Shown: positions 1-8,670, counted from the first letter of the stretch. The stretch: 32,000 nucleotides of DNA from Candidatus Babelota bacterium (GCA_039809905.1 JBDHVY010000001.1:390001-422000), one strand, 5' to 3'. The notes: generated from the letters alone by a model not told the origin. Program-made: numbers and translations.

Positions 1-2051
1 CAAAAAAAATCGATCTTGAAAATCTCACCACTATTGATCCAGAAGAACTGAAAATAATAGCCAATAAAATTAAAAGCATTTACTTAGAAAAAGGCTATCA
101 CCAAACGGATATTGAAACTGCAATTGAAATCGATGATAACAATCGAGCTACTGCAATACTCACCGTTCACGAAGGAATTGCTGCAACAGTCAAACAAATA
201 CACTTTGTTGGCAATAATGCAATCAGCAGCAAAGAGCTGCGTGCTGTTGCACTTACTAAAGAAGATTGGCTTTTAGGTTTTTTAGATAAATCGGGTAATT
301 ATCATCCAGACCGTCTTGAAGGTGATAAGCATTTCATAGAACAATTTTATCAAAACAATGGGTTCCTTCACGCAAAGGTTGTTGATATTGATATCAATAT
401 CGATCCGATAACACAAAATATTATTTTGACATTCGAAATAGAAGAAGGGCATCAATATGTCATTGATAAAATAAGTGCACCAGGAACAGAAAATGTTTCT
501 GAACAGTATTTGCTTGCAATGTTACCAATTCGTCCTGGCATGTATTATTCCCGTGATGGCATTACTAATTCAATAAAGCGCCTTGAGCTTATTTGGGGTG
601 ATTATGGATATATTTTTGCTCACATAGAACCATCAATACAACCAAATGAAGAAACCAAAACAGTTTCCCTTTCGTTTTTTTCTGAATTAGGAGATCAAGT
701 ATACCTCAATAAAATTAATATTCGCGGCAATACAAAAACACGCGATAAAATTATTAGACGAAAAATTCTTCTTGATGAAGGAGAATTGATTACACAAAAC
801 AGGATGAATGCATCAAAACGCAATGTAGCATCTCTTGGCTATTTTGATCCACGCGATGGGGTTAACTGGAAAATTCGTCGTCTTAATAAAGAAGAAGCTG
901 ATCTTGATTTAATCGTCAAAGAAACAAAAACGGGTCATTTTGGCGCGCAATTAGGATTTGGTGGATCAGGAGCTGATTGGCAATCTCCTATTTCTGGTAT
1001 GTCAGTAAAAGTAGAAGCCTCTGATACCAATCTTTTTGGAAGTGGTGTTCATTTAAATGTTAGTACTACATATTCCAAAGATGAACAAACTGCTATTCTT
1101 CATATTGCCCAACCATGGCTTTTTGATAAACCAATTTTAGGCGCATTTGATATTTATCATAGACGACCTGTCTATGATGAGTTGCGACATGTCAGAACCG
1201 TGCATCAAAAACTTACTGGTGGATCAGTCACTTTCGGCTGTATCACGCAATCAAAAAATCAGTTGTTTCATGATGTTAATATTCTTGCCAGTTCCGGTGT
1301 TGAAGATATTAAATATGATCGCCGCCCATTAGCTGAACTTGGCAATCCGTTAGAACGCTTGCAATATCAAGCAATTTTAGACCAAGAATTTAAACCAGGC
1401 ACATTTGCATTTGTTTCAACAAAAATGGAACAAGATACCCGTAATCATCCTATTCATACCATGTGGGGTCATAAATGGAGATTTTCAACTAAATTTGCAA
1501 TACCAAGCTTTGGTAACAATATCGGCTTTTATAAAATAGAACTTGATGCAAGCTGGTTTACGCCACTTATCGCTGAATATGACCTTGTATTAAAACTACA
1601 CGCTTATTTTGGTGTTTCATCGCCATTTAAAAATAGAATTGTTCCTTTTGGTGATTTATTCCACATTGGTGGACAATCAAGCGTTCGTGGCTTTTTATTC
1701 GGACAAATTGGTCCAGAATTTTTAGGCGACACTATTGGTGGATCAAAAGCCTTCTTCTGGAACGCAGAACTTATTGCACCAATTACCGCAGATATGAATA
1801 TGAAAGCTGTCGTATTTTATGATGGCGGTACTGGTTTTGACAACCCATATGTTACCTGCGCGGATAAACCTTTTGTCTCAGGAAATAATTTTGATTATCG
1901 TCACTCAATTGGTATTGGTATAAGAGTATTACAACCAATGCCGGTGAATATTGACTGGGGCTTTAAAATAGATCCTCGTAAAAATAGATTGTTCCCTAAT
2001 AGAGGAGAATCTGCATCAGAAGTACATTTTGGCATGTCATATGATTGGTAA
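1..2051 (+). CDS. bamA: Outer-membrane protein assembly factor BamA (Omp85 family), 5'-truncated by window edge
   Basis: Frame 3 is open from nt 3 and reads KKIDLENLTTIDPEELKIIANKIKSIYLEKGYHQTDIETAIEID...VHEGIAATVKQIHFVGNNAISSKELR...FIEQFYQNNGFLHAKV, which are POTRA-type repeats. It runs straight into ORF-track entry 426..2051, so that entry's TTG 'start' is internal. The C-terminal half has Omp85 barrel hallmarks (GGQSSVRGF, terminal aromatic ...GMSYDW). A terminator follows. Confidence 0.85.
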   Translation, partial: KKIDLENLTTIDPEELKIIANKIKSIYLEKGYHQTDIETAIEIDDNNRATAILTVHEGIAATVKQIHFVGNNAISSKELRAVALTKEDWLLGFLDKSGNYHPDRLEGDKHFIEQFYQNNGFLHAKVVDIDINIDPITQNIILTFEIEEGHQYVIDKISAPGTENVSEQYLLAMLPIRPGMYYSRDGITNSIKRLELIWGDYGYIFAHIEPSIQPNEETKTVSLSFFSELGDQVYLNKINIRGNTKTRDKIIRRKILLDEGELITQNRMNASKRNVASLGYFDPRDGVNWKIRRLNKEEADLDLIVKETKTGHFGAQLGFGGSGADWQSPISGMSVKVEASDTNLFGSGVHLNVSTTYSKDEQTAILHIAQPWLFDKPILGAFDIYHRRPVYDELRHVRTVHQKLTGGSVTFGCITQSKNQLFHDVNILASSGVEDIKYDRRPLAELGNPLERLQYQAILDQEFKPGTFAFVSTKMEQDTRNHPIHTMWGHKWRFSTKFAIPSFGNNIGFYKIELDASWFTPLIAEYDLVLKLHAYFGVSSPFKNRIVPFGDLFHIGGQSSVRGFLFGQIGPEFLGDTIGGSKAFFWNAELIAPITADMNMKAVVFYDGGTGFDNPYVTCADKPFVSGNNFDYRHSIGIGIRVLQPMPVNIDWGFKIDPRKNRLFPNRGESASEVHFGMSYDW

Positions 2052-2124
2052 CAAGAATAACCTTGCCGTAGCTATGTAAACAAAAACTCCTTAAGTTATC
2101 ACTCATAAAACTGCTTATTCCATG

Positions 2125-2153
2125 AAAGCAAGCCTTACCAGCTTGCTTCTTTT
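2125..2153 (+). terminator. Intrinsic terminator after bamA
   Basis: agcaagc (2127-2133) pairs with gcttgct (2141-2147) around a 7-nt loop, followed by tcttttg. Confidence 0.6.
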
Positions 2154-2255
2154 GCTAGAACTGCAAAACCCATTCTTAAATTATTTGACTTATTTTCTAT
2201 TTGTTATATTATGGTTGATAATAGCTTAGAATAAAGTTTTACATAGGAATATTTC

Positions 2256-2849
2256 ATGAATATCAAACATATATCACTATTTTCACTGTTATGCACTAGT
2301 GCAATAACTGCTGATACAAACACTATTACACAAGAATTGAATGCTGCAAAAAAAGCATTTGCTGAATGCCAAAATTCAAAATTTCGTTTCAATTGCAATA
2401 CTGAAAAAGAAAGATTTAAACAAGCTAAAAACGTATTTTTACTTCCCCATCAAGAAAATATTAATAATGCAGAAAAAGCAAGCAAAGAGCTCGGCTCAAT
2501 CATTCATAATCATAAAGACCTAATTAACACACCAGTAATAGGTACTATCTATTTTGGATATTTAAATCATAAATATGTTCCTACAATATTGAAAGGTTAC
2601 AGCTCAAAAGCGGTAAAAGATATCGTTGATAGCTCTTCATATTATGAAAAATCAGATACTATCATTCAAGAAACTCTTTCTAAAGAACCAGAAAAATACA
2701 CCACAGTAAATCTCAACCAGTCCATATTCCTTCGAGGTGGTTATAGTGGTTATACCCTTTCTTGCAATGCATCCGAGGTTAAAGCAGCTAATAATGAGAT
2801 ATTGGATTTAATCAAAAAACAATCTGAGACTCCTTTCATTAAATTATAA
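2256..2849 (+). CDS. Hypothetical secreted protein (signal peptide), no recognisable family
   Basis: AGGA lies 8 nt upstream of the ATG. N-terminal signal peptide MNIKHISLFSLLCTSAITA. A hairpin/T-run lies downstream. It sits where skp/ompH often follows bamA, but I see no Skp-like sequence. Confidence 0.55.
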   Translation: MNIKHISLFSLLCTSAITADTNTITQELNAAKKAFAECQNSKFRFNCNTEKERFKQAKNVFLLPHQENINNAEKASKELGSIIHNHKDLINTPVIGTIYFGYLNHKYVPTILKGYSSKAVKDIVDSSSYYEKSDTIIQETLSKEPEKYTTVNLNQSIFLRGGYSGYTLSCNASEVKAANNEILDLIKKQSETPFIKL

Positions 2850-2874
2850 TCAGAACTATAAAGTTTCTATAAAA

Positions 2875-2912
2875 TCCCTGTGTTAGCAAAAAGCTACATG
2901 GGGACTTTTTTT
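2875..2912 (+). terminator. Putative intrinsic terminator (imperfect stem)
   Basis: tccctgtgttagc...gctacatgggga forms an imperfect hairpin, followed by cttttttt. Confidence 0.4.
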
Positions 2913-2981
2913 ATGGTATAACATTGCTTATTGCTTTGTAATGTAACTAAACTGATGCAAACATTAAGTCTGTGAGGTTAC

Positions 2982-3248
2982 ATGAAAAAAAATTATTTTA
3001 TTACGACCTTTATCACCGCTCACATTATTCTTATTGTGCTACAAATACATAAGCACACATTGTTTATAAAAAATAGTTATAGTCAACAACAATATGAAAA
3101 AAAACTTGTTGCGCTGACAGAAAAAAAGCAAGCCTTAACTCAAGAATTATATGCATTAAAAGATCGTGAAAATATTAAAAAATATGCGCAAACAAAATTG
3201 AATATGCATCCTTATGCGCTTAATCAAGTAAAAAAGTTGGATGTATGA
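2982..3248 (+). CDS. ftsL: FtsL/DivIC-like cell-division protein (single N-terminal TM helix plus coiled coil)
   Basis: 88 aa. TM segment FITTFITAHIILIVLQI is followed by a heptad-like stretch QQQYEKKLVALTEKKQALTQELYALKDRENIKKYA. GAGG SD site. The stop overlaps the ftsI start by 4 nt (ATGA at 3245-3248), the canonical ftsL-ftsI arrangement. Confidence 0.55.
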   Translation: MKKNYFITTFITAHIILIVLQIHKHTLFIKNSYSQQQYEKKLVALTEKKQALTQELYALKDRENIKKYAQTKLNMHPYALNQVKKLDV

Positions 3249-4903
3249 TACAAAGCTTTAAGTTTCGTTCTACCATCATTTTTTTCTTCTTTATTATATG
3301 CTATGGCATTGTTGGCATTAATTTATACGTGATTCAGATTAAACATCATGCTTTTTATAAAAAACTTGCACAGCAACAGTATCATGTAACTATTACTCAA
3401 ACACCTGCTCGAGGACCAATTTTTGATAGAACTGGCTGCCATTATTTTGCAATGAATAAAGATTATATTGCAGCATTTCTTTTACCAAATCAGTTAACAG
3501 ATAAAGATAAAACTTTAGATTTTCTGAACATACATTTTCCTCATGCAGCTCAACGTTTTAAACAGAACAAAGATAAACATTTTATGTTTGTTAAACGCAG
3601 ACTTTCTGCGCAAGAAATTGAAACAATTAAAGCAGCAGATAATCCTGATATTTTCATTCTCACTGAACCGGGAAGATATTATCCACTTGCATGCGCAAGC
3701 CAAATTATCGGCTTAACTAATATCGATAATAAAGGATTATTGGGTCTGGAATTGCTCTATAATCACACACTTGCAGGAAATAAAACCACCTGTCATTTAG
3801 AAAAAGATGCTCGTTCGGGATATTATTATTTTAAAAAAGAAACAACCATTCAAGGCAACACAAGTAACCCTCTTCATTTAACTATAGATGCTGATTTACA
3901 GTTTTTAGTGCAAACTGCTATTCAAAAAACCATTGATACATTAAGGGCTCAAGAAGCTGCAGTGCTCATCATGAATCCTCAAAATGGTGAGATTCTTGCT
4001 ATGGTTTCATATCCTTATTTTGATCCCAATAACGCAAGCACATCGAATCCTGAAAATTTCAAAAATCGTATCATCACTAATGCTTATGAACTTGGCTCTG
4101 TTATGAAGGTATATGCAGCTCTTGCTGCGCTAGAAGAAGGGGTCGTAACATCAGATGAATTAATTGATTGTCAAAATACACTTACCACACATATCGATGG
4201 TCGCATTATTAATACCGTACAAGCACATGGCATTATTCCATTTACTGATGTGATTGCATTATCGAACAATATTGGTATTGCAATTGTTGCAAAACGATTA
4301 GGCACACGACTCTATGATTACTACAAACAATTAGGATTTGGGTGCAAAACAGGAATTAAATTTCCTGGAGAAAATGTGGGATTTGTTAATCCCCCTGAAA
4401 AATGGTCAAAACAATCTATTATTTCTCTTTCTTATGGTTATGAAATTTCAACAACCATTTTACAACTTGCATGCGCTATGTCTATCATTGCAACAGGTTA
4501 TAAAGTGGTACCAACATTAATTAAGGATAACAACCCAGACGTTTGTTTCCTTCAACAAGCTGAGGACGAACGGAAAGAAAAATTATTCTCCGATGCCGCG
4601 CGCAACACCATAAAAGAAATATTAGAAAAAACCACCCAATATGGAACAGCTCGTAGAGCACGCATCAAAGGGTATCGGATCATGAGCAAAACGGGAACAG
4701 CAAACATGTTGATTGATGGTCAATACAATACCGAAAAAAATCTATATACCTGTGCAGGTATTGTTGAAAAAAATGATTATCAACGAGTTATTATTACCTT
4801 TGTTAAAGAAGTTGATAAAAAAAATGTTTTCGCATCAACTGTTGCCGTTCCTTTATTTGAATCTATTGCAGAGCGTATGCTTATTCATGAAAAAATAATT
4901 TAG
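3245..4903 (+). CDS. ftsI: Penicillin-binding protein 3 / FtsI-type class B transpeptidase
   Basis: N-terminal TM anchor. Active-site motifs occur in the correct order: SxxK (GSVMK), SxN (LSNNIG), KTG (SKTGTA). Length of 552 aa is typical. Confidence 0.9.
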   Translation: MIQSFKFRSTIIFFFFIICYGIVGINLYVIQIKHHAFYKKLAQQQYHVTITQTPARGPIFDRTGCHYFAMNKDYIAAFLLPNQLTDKDKTLDFLNIHFPHAAQRFKQNKDKHFMFVKRRLSAQEIETIKAADNPDIFILTEPGRYYPLACASQIIGLTNIDNKGLLGLELLYNHTLAGNKTTCHLEKDARSGYYYFKKETTIQGNTSNPLHLTIDADLQFLVQTAIQKTIDTLRAQEAAVLIMNPQNGEILAMVSYPYFDPNNASTSNPENFKNRIITNAYELGSVMKVYAALAALEEGVVTSDELIDCQNTLTTHIDGRIINTVQAHGIIPFTDVIALSNNIGIAIVAKRLGTRLYDYYKQLGFGCKTGIKFPGENVGFVNPPEKWSKQSIISLSYGYEISTTILQLACAMSIIATGYKVVPTLIKDNNPDVCFLQQAEDERKEKLFSDAARNTIKEILEKTTQYGTARRARIKGYRIMSKTGTANMLIDGQYNTEKNLYTCAGIVEKNDYQRVIITFVKEVDKKNVFASTVAVPLFESIAERMLIHEKII

Positions 4904-4969
4904 ATAACCCATCACTCAACTTGTTTCGTGACGGGTACCCAATAGGTTGAACTATAAAAGGAGAAAGCT

Positions 4970-5890
4970 ATGCATAATGAAAATCATGCATTTGTTCCTG
5001 CAGATGTTCCAGAAAAAAAACGTGATATTTTTATCAAAAATTATCATGCAATTACCCGAAACACCAATCATCTTTTTTTGTTCTCATGTGATCATAAAAT
5101 AGAACATCTTAATAATGATTTTTATGGAGCAACAATTAATTCACAAGCGCTGCATCCAGAACATCTCTTTCGCATTGCATCACAAGGAACTATTGGAGCA
5201 ATGGCAACACATTTAGGATTATTAGCTCGATATGCAAAACAATATCCAAACGTTAACTATATCGCCAAACTTAATGGCAGAACACATTTAGTTTCTTGTG
5301 AGCAACAAGATCCCAAAAGCTTGCTGTTGTGGACAGTTGACGATGTCATTTCTTTTAAAGAAGAAAACAAACTCATGATTAATGGCATTGGCATCACCGT
5401 TTATCTTGGTAGCGAATATGAATCAGAGCATCTTTTTCAAGCAGCTCAAGCAATAACACAAGCGCATAAAGCAGGATTGGTTACTATTGTCTGGATGTAT
5501 CCGCGCGGCAAAGCAATATGTCAGGAAAACAATCCCCAATTAATTGCAGGAGCTGCTGGTATTGCACTTTCACTCGGTGCTGATTTTGTGAAAATAAAAA
5601 TGCCTGATGCAACAAACATGGTTTCTAGTACACAAGCTCTTAAAATTGCATCTGCTGCTGCAGGGAATACAAAAATAATTTATTCAGGCGGAGAAATGAT
5701 TAATGCACAAGATTTATTATCTCAGCTTTATGAAAACATTCACCATGCTGATGTAGCTGGTATAGCAGCAGGAAGAAATATTTTTCAACGATCTCTTGCT
5801 GAAAGCATTATTCTTACTCAAGCAATTTCTGCAATTATTTATGACAATGTTGATCTTAAAGTTGCTATTGCTCACCTTAACCAATTATAG
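4970..5890 (+). CDS. Class I fructose-bisphosphate aldolase family protein (DhnA/FbaB, DeoC/LacD-type TIM barrel)
   Basis: AAGGAGA SD site. 306 aa. A family-like N-terminus (VPEKKRDIFIKNYHAITRNTNHLFLFSCDHKIEH) and a putative Schiff-base lysine strand GADFVKIKMP, with a GG...AGRNIFQ phosphate-binding end. Confidence 0.7.
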   Translation: MHNENHAFVPADVPEKKRDIFIKNYHAITRNTNHLFLFSCDHKIEHLNNDFYGATINSQALHPEHLFRIASQGTIGAMATHLGLLARYAKQYPNVNYIAKLNGRTHLVSCEQQDPKSLLLWTVDDVISFKEENKLMINGIGITVYLGSEYESEHLFQAAQAITQAHKAGLVTIVWMYPRGKAICQENNPQLIAGAAGIALSLGADFVKIKMPDATNMVSSTQALKIASAAAGNTKIIYSGGEMINAQDLLSQLYENIHHADVAGIAAGRNIFQRSLAESIILTQAISAIIYDNVDLKVAIAHLNQL

Positions 5891-5928
5891 CGAGCTTGGT
5901 TTGATCAAACCGATGTTTTATACTCTTT

Positions 5929-5999
5929 GCGCTCGCCTTGAACTTGTTGAAAGGTTTCTTTCGAGCGCTCTTTACGCGCTTAATTCTTCAACAAGTTCA
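5929..5999. other. GC-enriched structured intergenic element with mutually exclusive stems
   Basis: Stem A: gcgctcg 5929-5935 with cgagcgc 5962-5968. Stem B: tgaacttgttgaa 5939-5951 with ttcaacaagttca 5987-5999 (13 bp perfect). Stem C: gagcgc 5963-5968 with gcgctt 5976-5981. A excludes B and C. No T-run follows on either strand. Confidence 0.3.
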
Positions 6000-6116
6000 G
6001 AATGAGCTCATGGGATTACTTTAGATATTGATACTATACATGAAATAAAAGGATAAAAATGATCTTGAATTTATGGTAATCCTGTCTTAAGATAAGAACA
6101 AAAAAGGATATCGTGA

Positions 6117-7604
6117 ATGAAAAAACATCTCGCGCTTTTGTCTATTTTATGCATAATCTCTAACATATACGCCAAACGCGAGGTTTTTTCTCGCTCTTTT
6201 ATGTACACCAAACCAGCATTTTATGATGTTGTCATGGAACAAGCACTATGGCATGATGTTGAATTTAACAAACAGGGTACCGTAAAATGTGGCCTACAAG
6301 TTATCCCTTTTGTTCAACACTCTATATCATTAGAAAAAAATACACGCTATTTTTTAATGAATGGTAAAACTGAATTACTTGTTTCAGGCGATGCCAATAA
6401 AGATGATTTAGAAATAAGAGATATTCGTGCTGAGTGGGTTAATTTACCCAGTAATTTTCGTGGATTTTTATCAGTAAATCCAAAACAAAAACAAGAAGGT
6501 TGTTTACTTGAATACAATCAAGACTTTGTAGGTTTTGCTGATGTGCGATTCTTGCGTGATATGTATATTAAAATACTTATGCCAGTAAGCGTAGTAAAAA
6601 ATAATATACATCTGACAGAATGCAATGTAAGCAATCCAAACACCACATTCCCTCAAAGCATTATCCAGGCTTTTAATCAACCTTCATGGCAATTTAGTCG
6701 TATAGAGAATTGTCAAAAGAAAAAAGTCGGCGTTTCTGAACTGACCATAAAAGTGGGAACATATTACACATCAGAAGATTTTTTTCAGCTTAATTATTAT
6801 AGTGTTCTTGCTATTCCTACTGGCAATAAACAAAATGGTGAAACAATGTTTCAGCCAGTTAATGGTAACAATCATCATTTGGGAATTGGAGCAGGAATAC
6901 AAATTCAAGCACCTCTCAACAGAGATACAACCCGTTTTGCATGGTGCGGATTTATTGATCTTGAATCGGTTATTTTGATCAGAAATAAACAATATAGAAC
7001 GTATGATCTTTTCAATAAACCGTGGAGTCGATTTCTTTTAATGAACGTTGTGGGTACTCAGCAAAATGTTAATCAACCGGGTGTTAATTACATGACACAA
7101 CGCATCACGGCAAAACCATTTAATGTTACTGATTTTGCTCTGGGATGGAGATTGCATTCTGCATGGTTAGAAGCTGAAATTGGATATGGTATTTGGGGAC
7201 ATCCTAATGAAAGAACAAATTTAAAGCAACCATCGCCTACGCGTATTTTTGGCATCACTACTGATACACCAACTCAAACACCTCAAACTCCTGTGTTAAC
7301 CGATCAACCTATTGCTTTTGGTATTGCCGGTAGTGCGCCAGGAAAGACAGCCAGCCGAAGTACCATTGCCTTTAAAGCTCCTGATGATCTTGAATTTGTA
7401 CCAATACAAACATGTGATCTCGACCCTCAATCTGGTGAGAGCTATGGTGGATTTACCCAACGAGCATTCGGCAGTATTGGATGGATCAATAGAGGAATTA
7501 CCCATGATACTGTTCTAGGATTTGGCTGGTCAGTTGATGTTCCTTTTCACAATTCTTTGTTACAACTGTGGAAAATATGGGTAAAATTGGGGGCTACTTT
7601 TTAA
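6117..7604 (+). CDS. Putative outer-membrane beta-barrel protein (porin-like), family not recognised
   Basis: AAGGA SD site. Signal peptide MKKHLALLSILCIISNIYA. Alternating amphipathic stretches. C-terminal OMP signature ending in Phe (...WVKLGATF). Confidence 0.6.
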   Translation: MKKHLALLSILCIISNIYAKREVFSRSFMYTKPAFYDVVMEQALWHDVEFNKQGTVKCGLQVIPFVQHSISLEKNTRYFLMNGKTELLVSGDANKDDLEIRDIRAEWVNLPSNFRGFLSVNPKQKQEGCLLEYNQDFVGFADVRFLRDMYIKILMPVSVVKNNIHLTECNVSNPNTTFPQSIIQAFNQPSWQFSRIENCQKKKVGVSELTIKVGTYYTSEDFFQLNYYSVLAIPTGNKQNGETMFQPVNGNNHHLGIGAGIQIQAPLNRDTTRFAWCGFIDLESVILIRNKQYRTYDLFNKPWSRFLLMNVVGTQQNVNQPGVNYMTQRITAKPFNVTDFALGWRLHSAWLEAEIGYGIWGHPNERTNLKQPSPTRIFGITTDTPTQTPQTPVLTDQPIAFGIAGSAPGKTASRSTIAFKAPDDLEFVPIQTCDLDPQSGESYGGFTQRAFGSIGWINRGITHDTVLGFGWSVDVPFHNSLLQLWKIWVKLGATF

Positions 7605-7659
7605 AACATATAACTTCCTTGCGAATGATTTTTTATTCTGTTAAGCTATTGATGTTTAA

Positions 7660-7682
7660 TTGTTTATTTGGCCAGTAAACAA
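7660..7682 (+). promoter_or_regulatory. Conserved leader hairpin/palindrome upstream of RRM gene 1
   Basis: ttgtttatttggccagtaaacaa is centred on GGCC. A homologous element lies upstream of RRM gene 2 (8165-8185), with a compensatory g:c to a:t change in the stem. Confidence 0.4.
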
Positions 7683-7721
7683 TGTGAGTTATTTGTTTTA
7701 TTTTTTATTAAAGTGATGTTT

Positions 7722-8048
7722 ATGAACATTTATGTTGGAAATCTTCCTTACTCAGCTACAGAAAATTCTTTAAGAGACCTTTTTGAAGGTTACGGACAAG
7801 TAACAACTGCTAAAATCGTTACTGACAAATTCACTGGTTCATCCCGTGGTTTTGGTTTTATCGAAATGCCAAATGCTGACGAAGCTCAAAAAGCTATCGA
7901 TGAACTTAATGGTAAAGATTTTGAAGGACGTAAAATAGTTGTTAACGAATCTCGTCCACGCGAAACAACTGGTCCAAACAACCGCGCGCCTCGTCGTGAT
8001 GGTGGATACAATGGTGGTCGTGATGGTGGAAGAAATTCTCGCTACTAA
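7722..8048 (+). CDS. RRM-type RNA-binding protein (RNP-1/RNP-2) with C-terminal Arg/Gly/Asn-rich tail
   Basis: RNP-2 is IYVGNL and RNP-1 is RGFGFIEM. The ATG at 7722 aligns with the start of paralog 8226 (MNIY.GNL.YSATE), so the ORF-track TTG at 7668 is an upstream extension. A strong terminator follows. Confidence 0.9.
   Translation: MNIYVGNLPYSATENSLRDLFEGYGQVTTAKIVTDKFTGSSRGFGFIEMPNADEAQKAIDELNGKDFEGRKIVVNESRPRETTGPNNRAPRRDGGYNGGRDGGRNSRY
7798..7859 (+). repeat. 62-nt tract identical to 8302-8363 (inside the paralogous RRM genes)
   Basis: aagtaacaactgctaaaatcgttactgacaaattcactggttcatcccgtggttttggtttt is identical in both copies, although flanking codons differ. Confidence 0.9.
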
Positions 8049-8076
8049 GACTATTTGTATTTAATTTGAAAAACAG

Positions 8077-8109
8077 AAGGGAATTCTATTACGATAGGAT
8101 TCCCTTTTT
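8077..8109 (+). terminator. Intrinsic terminator after RRM gene 1
   Basis: 13-bp stem (aagggaattctat / ataggattccctt, one G-U pair), 4-nt loop tacg, then a T-run. Confidence 0.8.
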
Positions 8110-8164
8110 ATAAACAAAAGCTTGCCGAGCATATTTTGTTTTGGTACACTGTAATAGTAATAAA

Positions 8165-8185
8165 TATTTATTTGGCCAATAAATA
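8165..8185 (+). promoter_or_regulatory. Conserved leader hairpin/palindrome upstream of RRM gene 2
   Basis: tatttatttggccaataaata, the homolog of 7660-7682. The downstream leader (ttgttttattttt...agtgat.ttt) is also conserved between the two copies. Confidence 0.4.
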
Positions 8186-8225
8186 CTATCGTTAATTGTT
8201 TTATTTTTACTAGAGTGATTTTTAT

Positions 8226-8552
8226 ATGAATATTTATCTCGGAAATCTTTCCTACTCAGCAACAGAAGCTTCAATCAAAGAACTTTTCGAAGTTTATGGA
8301 GAAGTAACAACTGCTAAAATCGTTACTGACAAATTCACTGGTTCATCCCGTGGTTTTGGTTTTGTTGAAATGACAAACGATGCGGAAGCTCAAAAAGCTA
8401 TCGCTGAACTTAATGGCAAAGAATTTCAAGGCCGTAAAATGGTCGTAAATGAATCTCGTCCACGCGAAACAACTGGTTCAAACAACCGTGCGCCTCGTCG
8501 TGAAGGTGGTTACAGTAACAACCGTGATGGTGGAAGAAATTTCCGTTACTAA
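8226..8552 (+). CDS. RRM-type RNA-binding protein, tandem paralog
   Basis: RNP-2 is IYLGNL and RNP-1 is RGFGFVEM, with the same R/G/N-rich tail. A strong terminator follows. Confidence 0.9.
   Translation: MNIYLGNLSYSATEASIKELFEVYGEVTTAKIVTDKFTGSSRGFGFVEMTNDAEAQKAIAELNGKEFQGRKMVVNESRPRETTGSNNRAPRREGGYSNNRDGGRNFRY
8302..8363 (+). repeat. 62-nt tract identical to 7798-7859
   Basis: See 7798-7859. Confidence 0.9.
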
Positions 8553-8570
8553 TTTAGAAACTGTTTGTAA

Positions 8571-8612
8571 AGAGACCGGTGTATGACAATCATACATCGG
8601 TCTCTTTTTTTT
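8571..8612 (+). terminator. Intrinsic terminator after RRM gene 2
   Basis: 16-bp stem agagaccggtgtatga / tcatacatcggtctct, loop caa, then T8. Confidence 0.85.
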
Positions 8613-8670
8613 CTTGACTTAGGCCATAAGCTCTTTTTACTCTATGCATAGCACATTATAAAATGTAAAA

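Noticed and set aside
5796-6005. 69-aa ORF overlapping the aldolase 3' end and the structured intergenic element
   Set aside because: It is out of frame with the aldolase and has no SD site. The region is better explained by RNA/DNA secondary structure.
7668-7721. ORF-track TTG start extending RRM gene 1 by 18 codons (MASKQCELFVLFFIKVMF)
   Set aside because: The extension runs through the conserved leader hairpin. The paralog starts at the homologous ATG (MNIY.GNL), so 7722 is the start.
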